A stretch of DNA of 64,000 bases from Octopus sinensis. Taxonomy: Eukaryota. Positions 40,260-55,055 of the stretch are shown here, piece after piece; position 1 is the first letter of the stretch; every line of letters starts with the position of its first letter. The stretch covers positions 3,472,001 to 3,536,000 of the forward strand of contig NC_043013.1 of assembly GCF_006345805.1 (NCBI RefSeq), given 5' to 3'. The notes under the pieces are model-generated. The model did not search any database, was not told the DNA's origin, and worked only from the letters and a program-made list of their open reading frames with translations. The position numbers were made by a program, and so were the translations under genes.

Positions 40260-41100
40260 TAACGTAAACAAACCAATATCGGTTGTCAAACAGTGGCGAG
40301 CTGGCAGAATCGTTAGCACGCCGGGCGAAATGCGTAGCCGTATTTCGTCTGCCGCTACGTTCTGAGTTCAAATTCCGCCGAGGTCGACTTTGCCTTTCAT
40401 CCTTTCAGGGTCGATAAATCAAGTACCAGTTACGCACTGGGGTCGATGTAATCGACTTAATCCGTTTGTTTGTCCTTGTTTGTCCCTTCTGTGTTTAGCC
40501 CCTAAACACACATATCCAGGCTCAGATCGTGGCTGTGTAGTAAGAAGTTTGCTTCCCAGCCCCACGGTTCCCACTGCGTGGTACCTTCGACAAGTCTCTT
40601 CTACTTTAGCTTCTGTTTGACCAAAGCCTTGTGAGAGGATCTGCTAGACGGAAACTGAAAGAAGACCGTCGTGAGTATGTGTATGTGTGCGTGTATGCGT
40701 TTGCGTCCATGCATGCGTATGTGTGTGTTTGTGTGTGTGTTTGTCTGTCTCTGCGTTTGTCCCCCACCACCGCTTGACAACCGGCGTTGGTGTGCTTATT
40801 TCCCCGTAACTTAGCTGTTCGGCAAAAAAGCTGGATAGAATAAATACCAGACTTTAAAAAAATTAAATCTCAGTGTCGATTCGCTCGACTAAAATACATC
40901 AAAGCGGTGCCCCAGCATGACCGTAGTCCAATGGCTGAAACAAGTGAAGGATAAAAGATATTTGAAGGGCTTGTACAGTGTTTCCATCACAAGGCTCCCC
41001 TTGGCTATAGTAAACTACACTTGCCCAAGTTGATGCGCAGAGGGACTGAACCTGAAATTACAAAGTAAGCTACGTAACCACACAGCCAAACCTGCGCCTG
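40260..41100. mobile_element. SINE cluster: B (40294-40505, +), A (40520-40960, +) and A head (41000-41100, -)
   Basis: Each piece matches the family sequences seen elsewhere in the window. Confidence 0.85.
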
Positions 41101-41664
41101 TATATGTAGAAAAAAATCTCACAATGAGAAGATGGGTAAATAATCATTGTCGTAAAAGTGGCTCAGTATAATGGTAATCCTGTTCAATTGACCGAGTAAG
41201 CCAAGTTTATCTGCTCCGGCTTGTCGGAGCAACGGGGGAAATGAACGGCAGGGCAGTAGACCAACTATACTGGAATTCCTGAACTGTGGAGTTCAGCGAA
41301 GGGTTTCGTGTTTAAAGGGTAATTTGGGAGGTGTGGGATAGGGTAGAGAGAGAACGGAGGAGAGAGAGAGAGAAAGAGAGAGAAACGAAAGGTATATCAA
41401 GAAGCTATACTGAGCTCGCTTCATAGCCTGCTAAAATTAATGCTAAGGGGTATACAGAAGTGTTGTGTGTATATATATATAACAAAACTGGGAGGAAGGG
41501 AAGTGGGACGAAACGACTACTGCGTTATTTTATACTTTGATTAATATATGCGATCCCTTTGATATATATGTTATCCTTTAATATTTTATTTCATTTGTGT
41601 AGCTATGTTTCTCGTTATATATATTGCTATGTTACCCTCAATAAAAACGCCAACAGCAATATGC

Positions 41665-41697
<33 letters not shown>

Positions 41698-41869
41698 TGT
41701 ATGTATGTATGTATGTATGTATGTATGTATGTATGTATGTATATTCTTCTCTTTGTCTTTGTAATTTTAGAGTAAATTTTGGCCGGCCACCGACTATGTA
41801 GCAAGGTTGTGAAGCAAAGTATCTTTTTTTAATCTTCATCCTTTAAATATTAAAAAAAAAGTCTTGAAG

Positions 41870-42750
41870 ATTTTTATAGTCCCAAATATCGTGATCATTT
41901 GTAGCATATGAATTAAGGATTTGCACTTTCCCCTCAAGATCCCAAGTTCAGCATACTTTGCTCAAGACGGGTTGCTATGTATCCTGTTACTCCAAAAATA
42001 ATAGAACGAGGCTGAAAGTGTATCTTGAGTACTGGATTTCCTTATCAATGATCTATAGATGTCCTCTTTCTAACCACGTTCGTGTCGAGAATGCAGATGA
42101 TTTCCAGAACAGAACATATCTTTTCTTTGTGATCACACACAACGATATCTTGTGTTTTAACTTGGTGGCTGTTTTAATTTTTAAGTTCTACCTATATTCC
42201 TTTGACCCATCGGTCTCAATATGGTCAACTTCGTTTGTAGATATTTTCTTTTTTGTTGTCCTGTTCCAGACCGTTTTGGCCACCACATTGTCTCATGGGA
42301 AGATAATATCCGGAAGACATTCTCTCGCAGTTAAAAATAATGTGGTTGATGTCTTCAGTCTTGATCTTGCAAAGCCCACATTTATCTGTCAACGTCTTCT
42401 GTCTTTTATATCGTAGGTATTTGGCGGGAATCTCTTCTTGGATTGCATGGATGTAGCCTTCAAAAAGGTGGAATATCAGTAGGGCATCAAACTTTTATAG
42501 GTTGACCTTAGAGGTAATCTGAGGGTCGCGGATTCGAGTTACTCTGCGGGTGTCGATACTCCATACAAAGCTGTTGACATGATCAATCCCTTCTATGGCT
42601 TCTGTTTCACGTGTCAAGTACCCACCCATACACTATCTCCTCAGTGAACTGGTCCATTTCGTTTCTATTGTTCTAATAAATAGATTTAACCGATGCTCCT
42701 TCAGGAAAGATCTGTATCAGTTCTTATTTCATACCTCTCCTCAAGTTCAT
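41870..42750 (-). mobile_element. Old R4/Dong-type LINE 3' relic, interrupted by the tRNA-Lys copy
   Basis: Endonuclease-region remnants (IIFGVTGYI-like, AKYAELG, ELEERYEIRTDT). Confidence 0.5.
42477..42552 (+). pseudogene. 5'-truncated second copy of the intron-containing tRNA-Lys(UUU) derivative (intron 42498-42516)
   Basis: Same intron and same decayed T arm as the 38.3 kb copy, with an intact CTTTTA anticodon loop. Confidence 0.75.
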
Positions 42751-42833
42751 TCGCTATACTAATTATGTTGTTTTATGTATGTATGTATGTATGTATGTAT
42801 GTATGTATGTATGTATGTATGTATGTATGTATG

Positions 42834-44054
42834 TACGTACGTATCTTCTATTTTTTTAATTATTATAAATCTTCCACTGAGGAGGGATCCGGTTTCCAAC
42901 AAAGACACAAGGCTCCATCTTTGGGATGTAGTTAATACAGACAAATTCACATTTGGAACTTGAGAAATCTTGCATATTTTTACTGTTCCACTCACAGATT
43001 GCACTTGTAATGTACGAATTAGCCGGTCGATTTCTCTTTCTGAAAATCCCAGTTTATCCCGATTCTCCTTTAAGCATTTACTAACAACCTAGTGCTTCAA
43101 TTATTATTGGTATGAATATGAATTCATAGTCTGGATATAGAAGTTGGAGGTTTCGAACCAATTGTCCATAGATATCCTCTTTTTCTTAGATTTTCAAAGA
43201 GATATTTATATCTGCAGGGCAGCTGACCTCTGTAGTGGTACATACCTTTACTCCTCTGTCCCAAACAACAATATCCGGCCTGTTATGTTTACATTTGACA
43301 GAAATTTTGATGGGAATATTCCATCAGTATTCTTTGAGTTGGTGTTTATAAATAAATTCCATAACCGAGATATTTTCTAAGTTTATTTCAGGACATTCTT
43401 TTTTTGCCGATGGCATTGTAAATTGTTTTCGCGGCAACATCGTGCCAAATGGGAGGTAGTGACTGTGATGACATTTTAGAACAGCTGCTAATCAAATGTG
43501 TGATATCTTCTACAGGAACATGACACAGCCTACACATGCGGTTGCACCTTGGGATTACAAGATCGTCACTGTCTCTCTTGTTCACCAGGTACTTTGTGGC
43601 AATCTCCTGTTCCTGGATTGCAAACGCAAAGCCTTTAAAGTGTGATGTGATGTAGTCTTGTGTCCAAGCGTGGCTGCGCTTCATGTCAGCTCTACTGTCT
43701 TCTTGAAGCTTCCTGGCAACATACCCATGCATAGTCCTTTTTATTTTTTGTATGCTGAGTGCTTTCCCTCCAGGTCTTCTCTGAGCTAAGAGACCCCAGC
43801 TGTTTTAGGGCTGTATAGGAGATCGTCAGGAAGAGAGTGCTTCTTGAGGAGCTCACTGCCAACTCGTATAATGTTGCTCGCTTCACTTTTCTGCACCTGC
43901 TTTCATATATTCATTTTTGCAGCTGTTGTTCAGCAAGTGCTACCTGAGTGGTGCCATACGGCATTCGAAGACTGTCTGCACTGATCTCAGGCCTCTACCA
44001 CCTTCAGTTTTTCTTAGATAGAGCCTGTCAACATCACTGTTTCTGTGGAAATGC
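42834..44054 (-). mobile_element. 5'-truncated R4/Dong-type LINE, copy 1
   Basis: FHRNSDVDRLYLRKTEGGRGL, FAIQEQEIATKY and CRLCHVPVEDITHLISSC. Flanked by (TATG)n. Confidence 0.88.
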
Positions 44055-44071
44055 ATGTATGTATGTATGTA

Positions 44072-44102
<31 letters not shown>

Positions 44103-44242
44103 ATGTATGTATGTATGTATGTATGTATGTAGTATGTATGTATGTGTGTATGTATGTATGTATGTATGTATGTGTGTATGTATGTATGTATGTATTATGT
44201 ATGTATGTATGTATGTAGTATGTATGTATGTATGTATGTATG

Positions 44243-45464
44243 TACGTACGTATCTTCTATTTTTTTAATTATTATAAATCTTCCACTGAGGAGGGATCCG
44301 GTTTCCAACAAAGACACAAGGCTCCATCTTTGGGATGTAGTTAATACAGACAAATTCACATTTGGAACTTGAGAAATCTTGCATATTTTTACTGTTCCAC
44401 TCACAGATTGCACTTGTAATGTACGAATTAGCCGGTCGATTTCTCTTTCTGAAAATCCCAGTTTATCCCGATTCTCCTTTAAGCATTTACTAACAAACCT
44501 AGTGCTTCAATTATTATTGGTATGAATATGAATTCATAGTCTGGATATAGAAGTTGGAGGTTTCGAACCAGTTGTCCATAGATATCCTCTTTTTCTTAGA
44601 TTTTCAAAGAGATATTTATATCTGCAAGGCAGCTGACCTCTGTAGTGGTACATACCTTTACTCCTCTGTCCCAAACAACAATATCCGGCCTGTTATGTTT
44701 ACATTTGACAGAAATTTTGATGGGAATATTCCATCAGTATTCTTTGAGTTGGTGTTTATAAATAAATTCCATAACCGAGATATTTTCTAAGTTTATTTCA
44801 GGACATTCTTTTTTTGCCGATGGCATTGTAAATTGTTTTCGCGGCAACATCGTGCCAAATGGGAGGTAGTGACTGTGATGACATTTTAGAACAGCTGCTA
44901 ATCAAATGTGTGATATCTTCTACAGGAACATGACACAGCCTACACATGCGGTTGCACCTTGGGATTACAAGATCGTCACTGTCTCTCTTGTTCACCAGGT
45001 ACTTTGTGGCAATCTCCTGTTCCTGGATTGCAAACGCAAAGCCTTTAAAGTGTGATGTGATGTAGTCTTGTGTCCAAGCGTGGCTGCGCTTCATGTCAGC
45101 TCTACTGTCTTCTTGAAGCTTCCTGGCAACATACCCATGCATAGTCCTTTTTATTTTTTGTATGCTGAGTGCTTTCCCTCCAGGTCTTCTCTGAGCTAAG
45201 AGACCCCAGCTGTTTTAGGGCTGTATAGGAGATCGTCAGGAAGAGAGTGCTTCTTGAGGAGCTCACTGCCAACTCGTATAATGTTGCTCGCTTCACTTTT
45301 CTGCACCTGCTTTCATATATTCATTTTTGCAGCTGTTGTTCAGCAAGTGCTACCTGAGTGGTGCCATACGGCATTCGAAGACTGTCTGCACTGATCTCAG
45401 GCCTCTACCACCTTCAGTTTTTCTTAGATAGAGCCTGTCAACATCACTGTTTCTGTGGAAATGC
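44243..45464 (-). mobile_element. 5'-truncated R4/Dong-type LINE, copy 2 (tandem, near-identical)
   Basis: Same endpoints as copy 1, with only a few differences seen. Confidence 0.88.
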
Positions 45465-46817
45465 ATGTATGTATGTATGTATGTGTGTGTGTGTATGTAT
45501 GTGTATGTATGTATGTATGTATGTATGTATGTATGTATATATGTGTGTATGTATGCATGCATGTGTGGTGTATGTATGTATGTGTATGTATTATGTATGT
45601 ATGTGTGTATGTATGTGTGTATGTATGTATGTATGTATGCATGTATGTATGTATGCATGTATGTATGTATGTATGTATGTATGTATGTATGTATGTATGT
45701 ATGTATGTATGTGTGTATGGTATGCATGTATGTATGTATGTATGCATGTATGTATGTATGGTGTGTATGTATGTATGTGTGTATGTATGTATGTATGTAT
45801 GTATGCATGTATGTATGTATGTATGTATGCGTGTATGTATGTATGTATGTATGTGTGTGTATGTATGTATGTATGTGTGTCTGTATGTATGTATGTATGT
45901 GTGTGTATGTATGTATGTATGTGTGTATGTATGTATGTATGTATGTATGTGTGTATATCTGTATGTATGTATGTATGTGTGTATGTATGCATGTGTGTAG
46001 GTATGTATGTACGTATGTGTGTATGTGTGTATGTATGTAATGTATGTGTGTATGTACGTATGTATGTATGTATGTAAGCATGTATGTGTGTTTGTATGTA
46101 TGTATGTATGTGTGTGTGTATGTATGTATGTATGTGTGTCTGTATGTATGTATGTATGTATGTATGTATGTGTGTATGTATGTATGTATGTATGTATGTG
46201 TGTATGTATGTATTATGTATGTATGTATGTATTATGTATGTATGTGTTGTATGTATGTATGTATGTATGTGGTGTATGTATGTATGTGTGTATGTTGTAT
46301 GTATGTATTGTGTATGTATGTATGTATGTATGTATGTGTGTATGTATGTATGTATGTATGTATGTATGTATGTATGCATGTGTGTAGGTATGTATGTACG
46401 TATGTGTGTATGTGTGTATGTATGTAATGTATGTGTGTATGTATGGTATGTATGTGTGTAGTATGTATGTATGTATGTATGTATGTATGTATGTATGTAT
46501 GTGTGTATGTATGTATGTATGTGATGTATGTATGTATGTGTGTATGTATGTATGTATGTATGTGTGTATGTATGTATGTATGTGTGTATGTATGTATGTA
46601 TGTATGATATGTATGTATGTATGTATGTATGTATGTGTGTATGTATGTATGTATTGTGTATGTATGTATGTAGTATGTATGTTATGTATGTATGTGTGTA
46701 TGTATGTAATGTATGTGTGTATGTATGTATGTAATGTATGTATGTGTGTATGTATGTATGTATGTATGTATGTATGTATGTATGTATGTATGTATGTATG
46801 TATGTATGTATGTATGT
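45465..46817. repeat. Long degenerate (TATG)n array, about 1.35 kb
   Basis: Direct reading. Confidence 0.96.
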
Positions 46818-47157
46818 ACATCCTTGGAACCTCAGTTCCTGATGAAGCCGTGCAGACACTGTATTGAACGTTTTAAACCTGACAGAGCCCAGGTTCTAAA
46901 CATGGTCGATTTCTTCTGAAGACAAAGAATGAGAGGAAAGATCGCCTTCAGTATTGATCTTGTATTTATCGACCCTGAAAGAACGAAAACAAAATTGATC
47001 TCGATAGGATCTGAGTTCAGATCGCCGATAGCCGTGACAAATTTTAGAAGTCATTCCATCCGACGAAATAATGACTCTGCCAACTTGTGTGTTATGTAAT
47101 ATGTATGTACGTAAATAAATATGTCTGTATTATGCATGCACACACGCACACACACAG

Positions 47158-47197
<40 letters not shown>

Positions 47198-47699
47198 CTA
47201 TGTATGTATGTATATATGTGTGTATGTATGTATGTATGTATGTATGTACGTGTATATGCATGCATATGTGTGTATATGATTTTTTATTTTCATTTGCTTA
47301 ATATTGCAGGAGTTGATTAAGGGACTAAATTGTAGTATCAAAGCCCTTGTGAAACTGAGAAATCGAAAAAGAAATTCCTATATAGAAAATAAGTAGAGTG
47401 TTCTAAGAAATACCATTAATGTCACGTAATGACGGCACATAATTTTGTCTATTTCCTGGTTTAATAGGTTGCGAACATGGTATGGATTATGTGTATTTTG
47501 GCACACTATAAAAGTTTACTTACATATAGATACATATACACATTTACATCCACAACTTTTGCATAACACTATATACACATACGCACTTCAATGAACAAAG
47601 AAATATATAAATATATATAAGATATGTAAAAAATAAACAGAATAAAATATAATATAGATATATATTCCCATGTATGCATACTCATCCACAGATACACGC

Positions 47700-49273
<1,574 letters not shown>

Positions 49274-49947
49274 TTTGCAAGGAAGTTTGAAAGTCCTGAG
49301 AAGTTTCGACCTCTGCAGCCTTCATCGGACTGAAAGTTACTTTGGTTTTCTGTTTCACAAATTATTATTTAGCGATTATCTTGTAGAAGAAACAATGCTG
49401 CTGCCGAATATATCTGCTGTAACAGCGTATTTCACTGGTTTATAAATGAATATTTTTATAGATAAGTTAATTGGATGGTAGGAAAAATTAATTGAGCAGA
49501 AGTAGTAGGGTAAGGAAGAGAAAAGAAAGATAAAGGAGGGGTCTAATACCAAGCGTTTATAGAGTGGGAGGTAAAAGGGGACGAATGGTAAATGCATTTT
49601 TCTGGTTTGATATGTAAAGCCATGTTGAAAATTGAGTGGTTACAGGAATTATTGATAGTTTATATATTATTGGTAGGGTGCGTTCGATGCTGTATGTAAA
49701 TAGAGGTGATAGACGTGAGATGTGTATTGTAGTACAAGTCCAAGATAGGACAGAGACAGGTCACATTTAATGGGTTGTATTGGAGGGTTTGATGAATCTT
49801 GTCAGGTGATGCCTGTTACAAAATATATACATATATATATACATATATACAACTCTACATACACATGTACCCATACACAGACACATTCATACACATATTC
49901 ATACATACATTCATTCATATATACATGCATACATACACTTTTCAAAA

Positions 49948-50153
49948 TGTGACCGCGTGTGTACCGTTGGCGATTTTTTTCCTCTGTCTTCCCTTCTCTG
50001 GATCTTTCCTTCTCCTATGTTTCTGACGAAGAGCTCCGCTCGAAACGTTAAACCCTCCTTCTTTCCTTCTTTCCTGAGCGTCCAATAATACTATATTTGT
50101 TCCACGTCCTCGCGTTGTTGTGTTTTCTCTTTGTGTTTTCATGTTTGGATTAA
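49948..50153 (+). mobile_element. Hammerhead-carrying short repeat (second subfamily), followed by (CATA)n
   Basis: Homologous to 10436-10597. It shares the TTCCTGAGCG block and overall layout with the 11 and 35 kb family. Confidence 0.75.
50019..50053 (+). ncRNA. Minimal type-I hammerhead ribozyme with a canonical core
   Basis: GUUU-CUGACGA-A-GAGC(UCC)GCUC-GAAAC-GUU-AAAC. Stem III is the ACGU palindrome. Confidence 0.75.
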
Positions 50154-50154
50154 C

Positions 50155-50186
<32 letters not shown>

Positions 50187-50949
50187 CATACATACATACA
50201 TACATACATACATACATGTGTGTGCGAGAGAGAGGATATGTGTGTGTGCGTGCGCACTTAAGCATATATGCAACATGTCCATATACATTGTTCTAAGAGA
50301 AAAACTATATTTCTTAGCTATTATCTTAAGAAATAAACACGTTAATATCTTGCTCTGACGCCAGATTTTGAAAATTTTGCTCAAGTTGAAAGGCCGACTG
50401 GCTAACTTAGTTGATAAAAAGTCTGATTAACTCCAGTCAACTGACCAAAAATATTCCTCAGTCATAAAATCTTACATAGATAAGGAACTAGACCCTCTGA
50501 CCACTTCTCTTTAAGAGAAGCATACATTACTTTTGTTGATGGTGAAATCAAGAAGTTTAATAGTTCGCTAAAGAAGATGGATTTTTGCAATAAAGTTTTG
50601 CTTCCCTCATAGAACTTTCATACATCGACAAAATATTTGGCGATGTCTCTGTACTAGTGTAGCAATTCTCAATTTCGTTAATACAGGAGGCTGAGAAGAT
50701 TGGCCGTAAGGGGGCCACACCCTTCTAAGAACGAGAGTACAGCATTAGTCATGAACCTGACGGATCAGCAGACAGCCGTGTTCAAATAGCATTTCTAAGC
50801 CTCATTTTCATTTTAAAGCCTCGTTTTCATTCCAAAGCTTCGTTTCCAACTGGCTGTTGTAATATTAACAGTAGCGAATATAACATGTATAGTTATAGTA
50901 ATAATATCAGTAATTATTACCACACTCTACCCCACTGAAGAATCTGCGT

Positions 50950-51990
50950 ACCAATTCGAGATTGTTCACAAGTTCCTGGTTGCGCGATGAAGTGTCAAAC
51001 TTGGTCGGTGTATCGGAAAATTGCGTATTTCCCACCGGAGCCAGATGTTTCAACAAAACCGTTTCGTCCTTGCCGCTCGATAAGCGTACATGAGCGTACT
51101 GTGAATTGCATTCAAGTAATTCAACCTTTTCTGCCGCTGGATAATATTTTGAGAACCGCTATTGCTTTTTCAGGAGCACAGATTCACTCTTCACTAGCCA
51201 TTCTGGTAGTAAGATCCCAGAAGTTGAGCGGCGGTAAAAACTGAACAGTCTCTCGTGAGGCGTGGTGTTAGTGGCCGTACAGAGGAGGGAGCAAATAGAG
51301 TGCAGAGCATCAAGGAGTACGTGCTGCCAGTGACTCGCACTCACTCCTTTTGATTTCAATACCAAAGTAATAGTTTTCCATAAGGTTTAATTGAGCCTTT
51401 CGACCTGACCATTCCCCGTTGGATTGTATGGGGTCGTCAATTGGTCGCTATGCTTTTATCATGGAGGAATTGTCTCAGTTCAGCTGACATGAAAGAAGCG
51501 CTGCGATCAGAATGGATCAGAGAAGGGAGTCCAAAAATCGAAAATTTTTGGCAGAGATAATGAATAACAGTAGCGACTGATCTATTTGAACATGCGAACA
51601 CAAATGAAAAGCAAGAAAATTCATCGATAATTGTAAATATTTAAAGTGATTAACGGATGGGAGTGGACCCTTGCAGTCTACACTTAATCTCTCGAGGGGC
51701 TCAGTGGCCTTCACCGATTTGGCTGTCGGTGACACAAAAATCTAGGCTTCGGTTCGACACATGTGGGACATTGACACGTCACAGATTTTACGTCATGGGC
51801 AGAAAATGGTAGGTTCTTTGACCGCACGAAATGGAGCAATTGCGTCATGCCTGGATGGCGCAAGGAATCGTGGAGCCGTTTAAGGTCCATGGGGGTATAA
51901 GATGCGCAGTAACCCCGAGAAAAGGCATCTGCAACTTTATTCTCCTTACCCGGCCGATGAACGACATCGTATTTGAAACAAGATAGCTCA
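50950..51990 (-). pseudogene. Ty3/gypsy pol relic (RNase H end plus integrase)
   Basis: ELSCFKYDVVHRPGKENKVADAFSR, LHDSLRHPG...CPTC zinc finger, ATEPLERLSVDCKGPLP, IHSDR and TATNTTPHERLF. Confidence 0.9.
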
Positions 51991-52234
51991 ATTCCCCCAT
52001 CGTTATATCTTGTTGCTCTTGACTTTACTTTTTGTGTTCGTTGTTAAACATGAAAGCCGTATAAAGGGTTTATATACATACGTATATATGTTTAATTGTT
52101 CTACACAGAATGACGTGGACCGATACAACCACAAACAGGTACATCCACGTGTTATGGATTTTTATTATCAGTGTTGCATAGTAGCAGAACACCCCCCAAA
52201 AAATGTCTTGCAATATTTGTTCCGGCCCTCACCG

Positions 52235-52990
52235 TGACCGACTTTGCTTTCAGCCTTTCAGGGTCGATAAAATAAGTACCAGTTGAATACAAGGGTCGAT
52301 GTAATCGACTTACACCACCCCACCACCGAACTTTCTGATCTTGTACTAAAATTTCAAACCAATATTTGTTCCGGCTTTACGGCGGCGAGCTGGCAGAATC
52401 GTTAACCGCGCCAGTAAAAACTCTCGGCGACATTTCTTCCGACTTTACGTTCTGAGTTTAAATGGCGCCTTTCATCTTTTCGGTACCTGTTGAGTACTGG
52501 GATCGATGTAACCGACGTGCACTCTCCTCCACAATTTCCGGCCCTATGCCAAAATTTGAAGCCACTATTTTTTCCGGCTCTTTATATGCTAAGTTCAAAT
52601 CCTACTGAGGCTAAATTTGTCTTACATCTCTCCAGAGCCGATAAAATAAAGTATCAGCCAAGTTCTGGAGTCGCTAGCATCGATTAACGCTCTTCACAAA
52701 TTGCTGCCAAACCTAAATCAGAAACCCATACCAATACCGCATACATATATATTCCAGGCGGCGAAACGTTAGCACGTAGAAACGTTAGCACGCCGGGCGA
52801 AATTCGTAGCCGTATTTCGTCTGTCGTTACGTTCCGAGTTCAAATTCCGCCGAGGTCGACTTTGCCTTTCATCCTTTCGGGGTTGATAAATTAAGTACCA
52901 GTTACGCACTGGGGTCGATGTAGTCGACTTAATCCCTTTGTCTGTCCTTGTTTGTCCTCTCTGTGTTTAGCCCCTTGTGGGTAGTAAAGA
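52235..52990 (+). mobile_element. Cluster of SINE family B copies and fragments
   Basis: Three to four adjacent copies. The 52757-52990 copy is near full length and has a duplicated GAAACGTTAGCACG. Confidence 0.85.
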
Positions 52991-53399
52991 AATATATATA
53001 TTCCAGTATACAGAGACAAGTGTACGAAGAATATAAAAATTAGATATATATGTATAATAGAACCTATAAAGGTATAACAATTAATACACAGATTTGTATA
53101 TACATATATACGTAGGTACACCAACACACCCTATATTTACATATACACATACGTGTGCATACACACATATATGTATATATGCATAATCATACGCCTGTGA
53201 ATCGCTCGTACACAAATGCACATATATTTGTATGCAAAGAGTTCTGAAGACTATATTTCTTTATTCTGGTGTTACATTCATTAGTTACGTGTTCCTTTCT
53301 ACGGGTTTCAGCACAGAAAATATTTTCATCTATCCCTAAGTAGCTGTAGTATTCCTCTGGATATCGGAGAAATAGTCATGCTGTTGATGGAAATGTAGC

Positions 53400-53700
53400 T
53401 AAAATGGCTTGTGGTTCTCTCATAGTTCTCTGCCTCGTTTTACAACTATACAAGAACAATTATTCTGGATAAACTCTATCCTTGTAACCTTTGAAACTAC
53501 CGTAAGAAGGCCAACACTTTTCTTCATAATATATATATTCTTAGAATATACTTTCAGATCATCCTCAAAGAAGAACTGTATTAGGTGAGCGTTTCCATCT
53601 TCCTTTGAGCTAATTGTGTATCCTTCAGATTTCCTTAACAAAAAGGAGAGGGTGTGGGGTTATTGAGTGTATAAACAGCATCACAGGGAGATTGTCTCCT
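53400..53700 (-). pseudogene. Decayed R4-type RT fragment
   Basis: GYTISS...HLIQFFFEDDLKVYSKN...NNCSCIVVKRG. Confidence 0.55.
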
Positions 53701-53937
53701 CGAAATAACCAACTGCGCTACTGTACACTTTCAGCAACAATGGAACCACTTCTTGTATTTAACTTCACAATGACGGCCTATGTACATATGAGTCCGTACG
53801 TATTTACGTGTGCATGCTGCCTTAGTAGCCATTTTAAAGTTATCAATAACCGTATTTGTGTGGGTGTTTATAAATATTTGTAGGTGTATAAAATCTGCTT
53901 ATATATAAAGAATATATATATACACATTTAGGTATAT

Positions 53938-53975
<38 letters not shown>

Positions 53976-54088
53976 TCCTGCTCGACGAATATGCTTGTAT
54001 ATGCATCCGATTCTTTACATTGTTACCCAAATATGCATTGAGCAATTTGTTTCTGCACCACAAAATAAAACTACATAAACTATATGAC

Positions 54089-54124
<36 letters not shown>

Positions 54125-54170
54125 TGTATGTATGTATGTATGTATGTATGCATGTATGTTTGTATGTATG

Positions 54171-54204
<34 letters not shown>

Positions 54205-54471
54205 TGCATGTATGTTTGTATGTATGTATGTATGTATGTATGTATGTATGTATGTGTGTGTATGTATGTGTGTATGTATGTATGTATGTATGTATGTGTG
54301 TGTATGTATGTGTGTATGTATGTATGTATATATATATATAGAGAGAGAGAGAGGGAGAGAGAGAAAGAGAGATATACATATATACTTATATAATATATAA
54401 TGTATGTATCTTAAGTCTCTGTATGTATTGTGTGTGTAGAGTATTTGTACGCATGCACGTCTGTACTGCGT

Positions 54472-54600
54472 CTAAAACGCTGTTGGCGATGATAACTCTA
54501 ATAAATAATTAATAAATAATTTAACAAGATCGAAACGACGCAGCGTTGGCATAGCAACTGGTGCGCTTTTCAAAAGGTCATCTATCAAAAATGACATCAT
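54472..54600 (-). CDS. Candidate first coding exon starting with an eh1-like motif (MMSFLIDDLLKS)
   Basis: ATG-initiated FxIxxLL motif in unique, GC-richer sequence. No downstream exon or strong donor site was found. Confidence 0.3.
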   Translation of the reverse strand: MMSFLIDDLLKSAPVAMPTLRRFDLVKLFINYLLELSSPTAF

Positions 54601-55055
54601 ATTTCGGTCATTTGTAGAGTGAGACGAGTGGGAGGGAAGAGGGGGCGGAGATAGGAGAGGAAATGGTGGCGGGGGTTGTTTTGTGGTTGTAACTCTTGTT
54701 TTTGCTGTCTTCGAATATATGGATAGAATTGGTGTTCTTGTTGCTATCATTATTACAACTGTTGTCTGTTATTTTTGTTGTTATTACTTTTGTTGTTGCA
54801 ACAAACAGTTTACTGCAACATTCCACCCTCGTCGTAACATTACACCCTCCTCCTTACGACACACTGTGACTACGAGTCTTCAGTAGCATTTCATAGTGAA
54901 ACCCACAACTATGACATGGCGAAAACTATGTCGCAAAGGTAAGCGCTCCTCTGCGTCCCTCTCCGCGGGAGATTCATGTTAAAGTGATGCCCATACACCA
55001 AGACTGATGCAACAGCCACCCACACTGACAGCTTAATCCACACCTAACACAACGT

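Noticed and set aside
46836-46880. CCTGATGAAGCC half-core
   Set aside because: No downstream GAAA or stem II closure.
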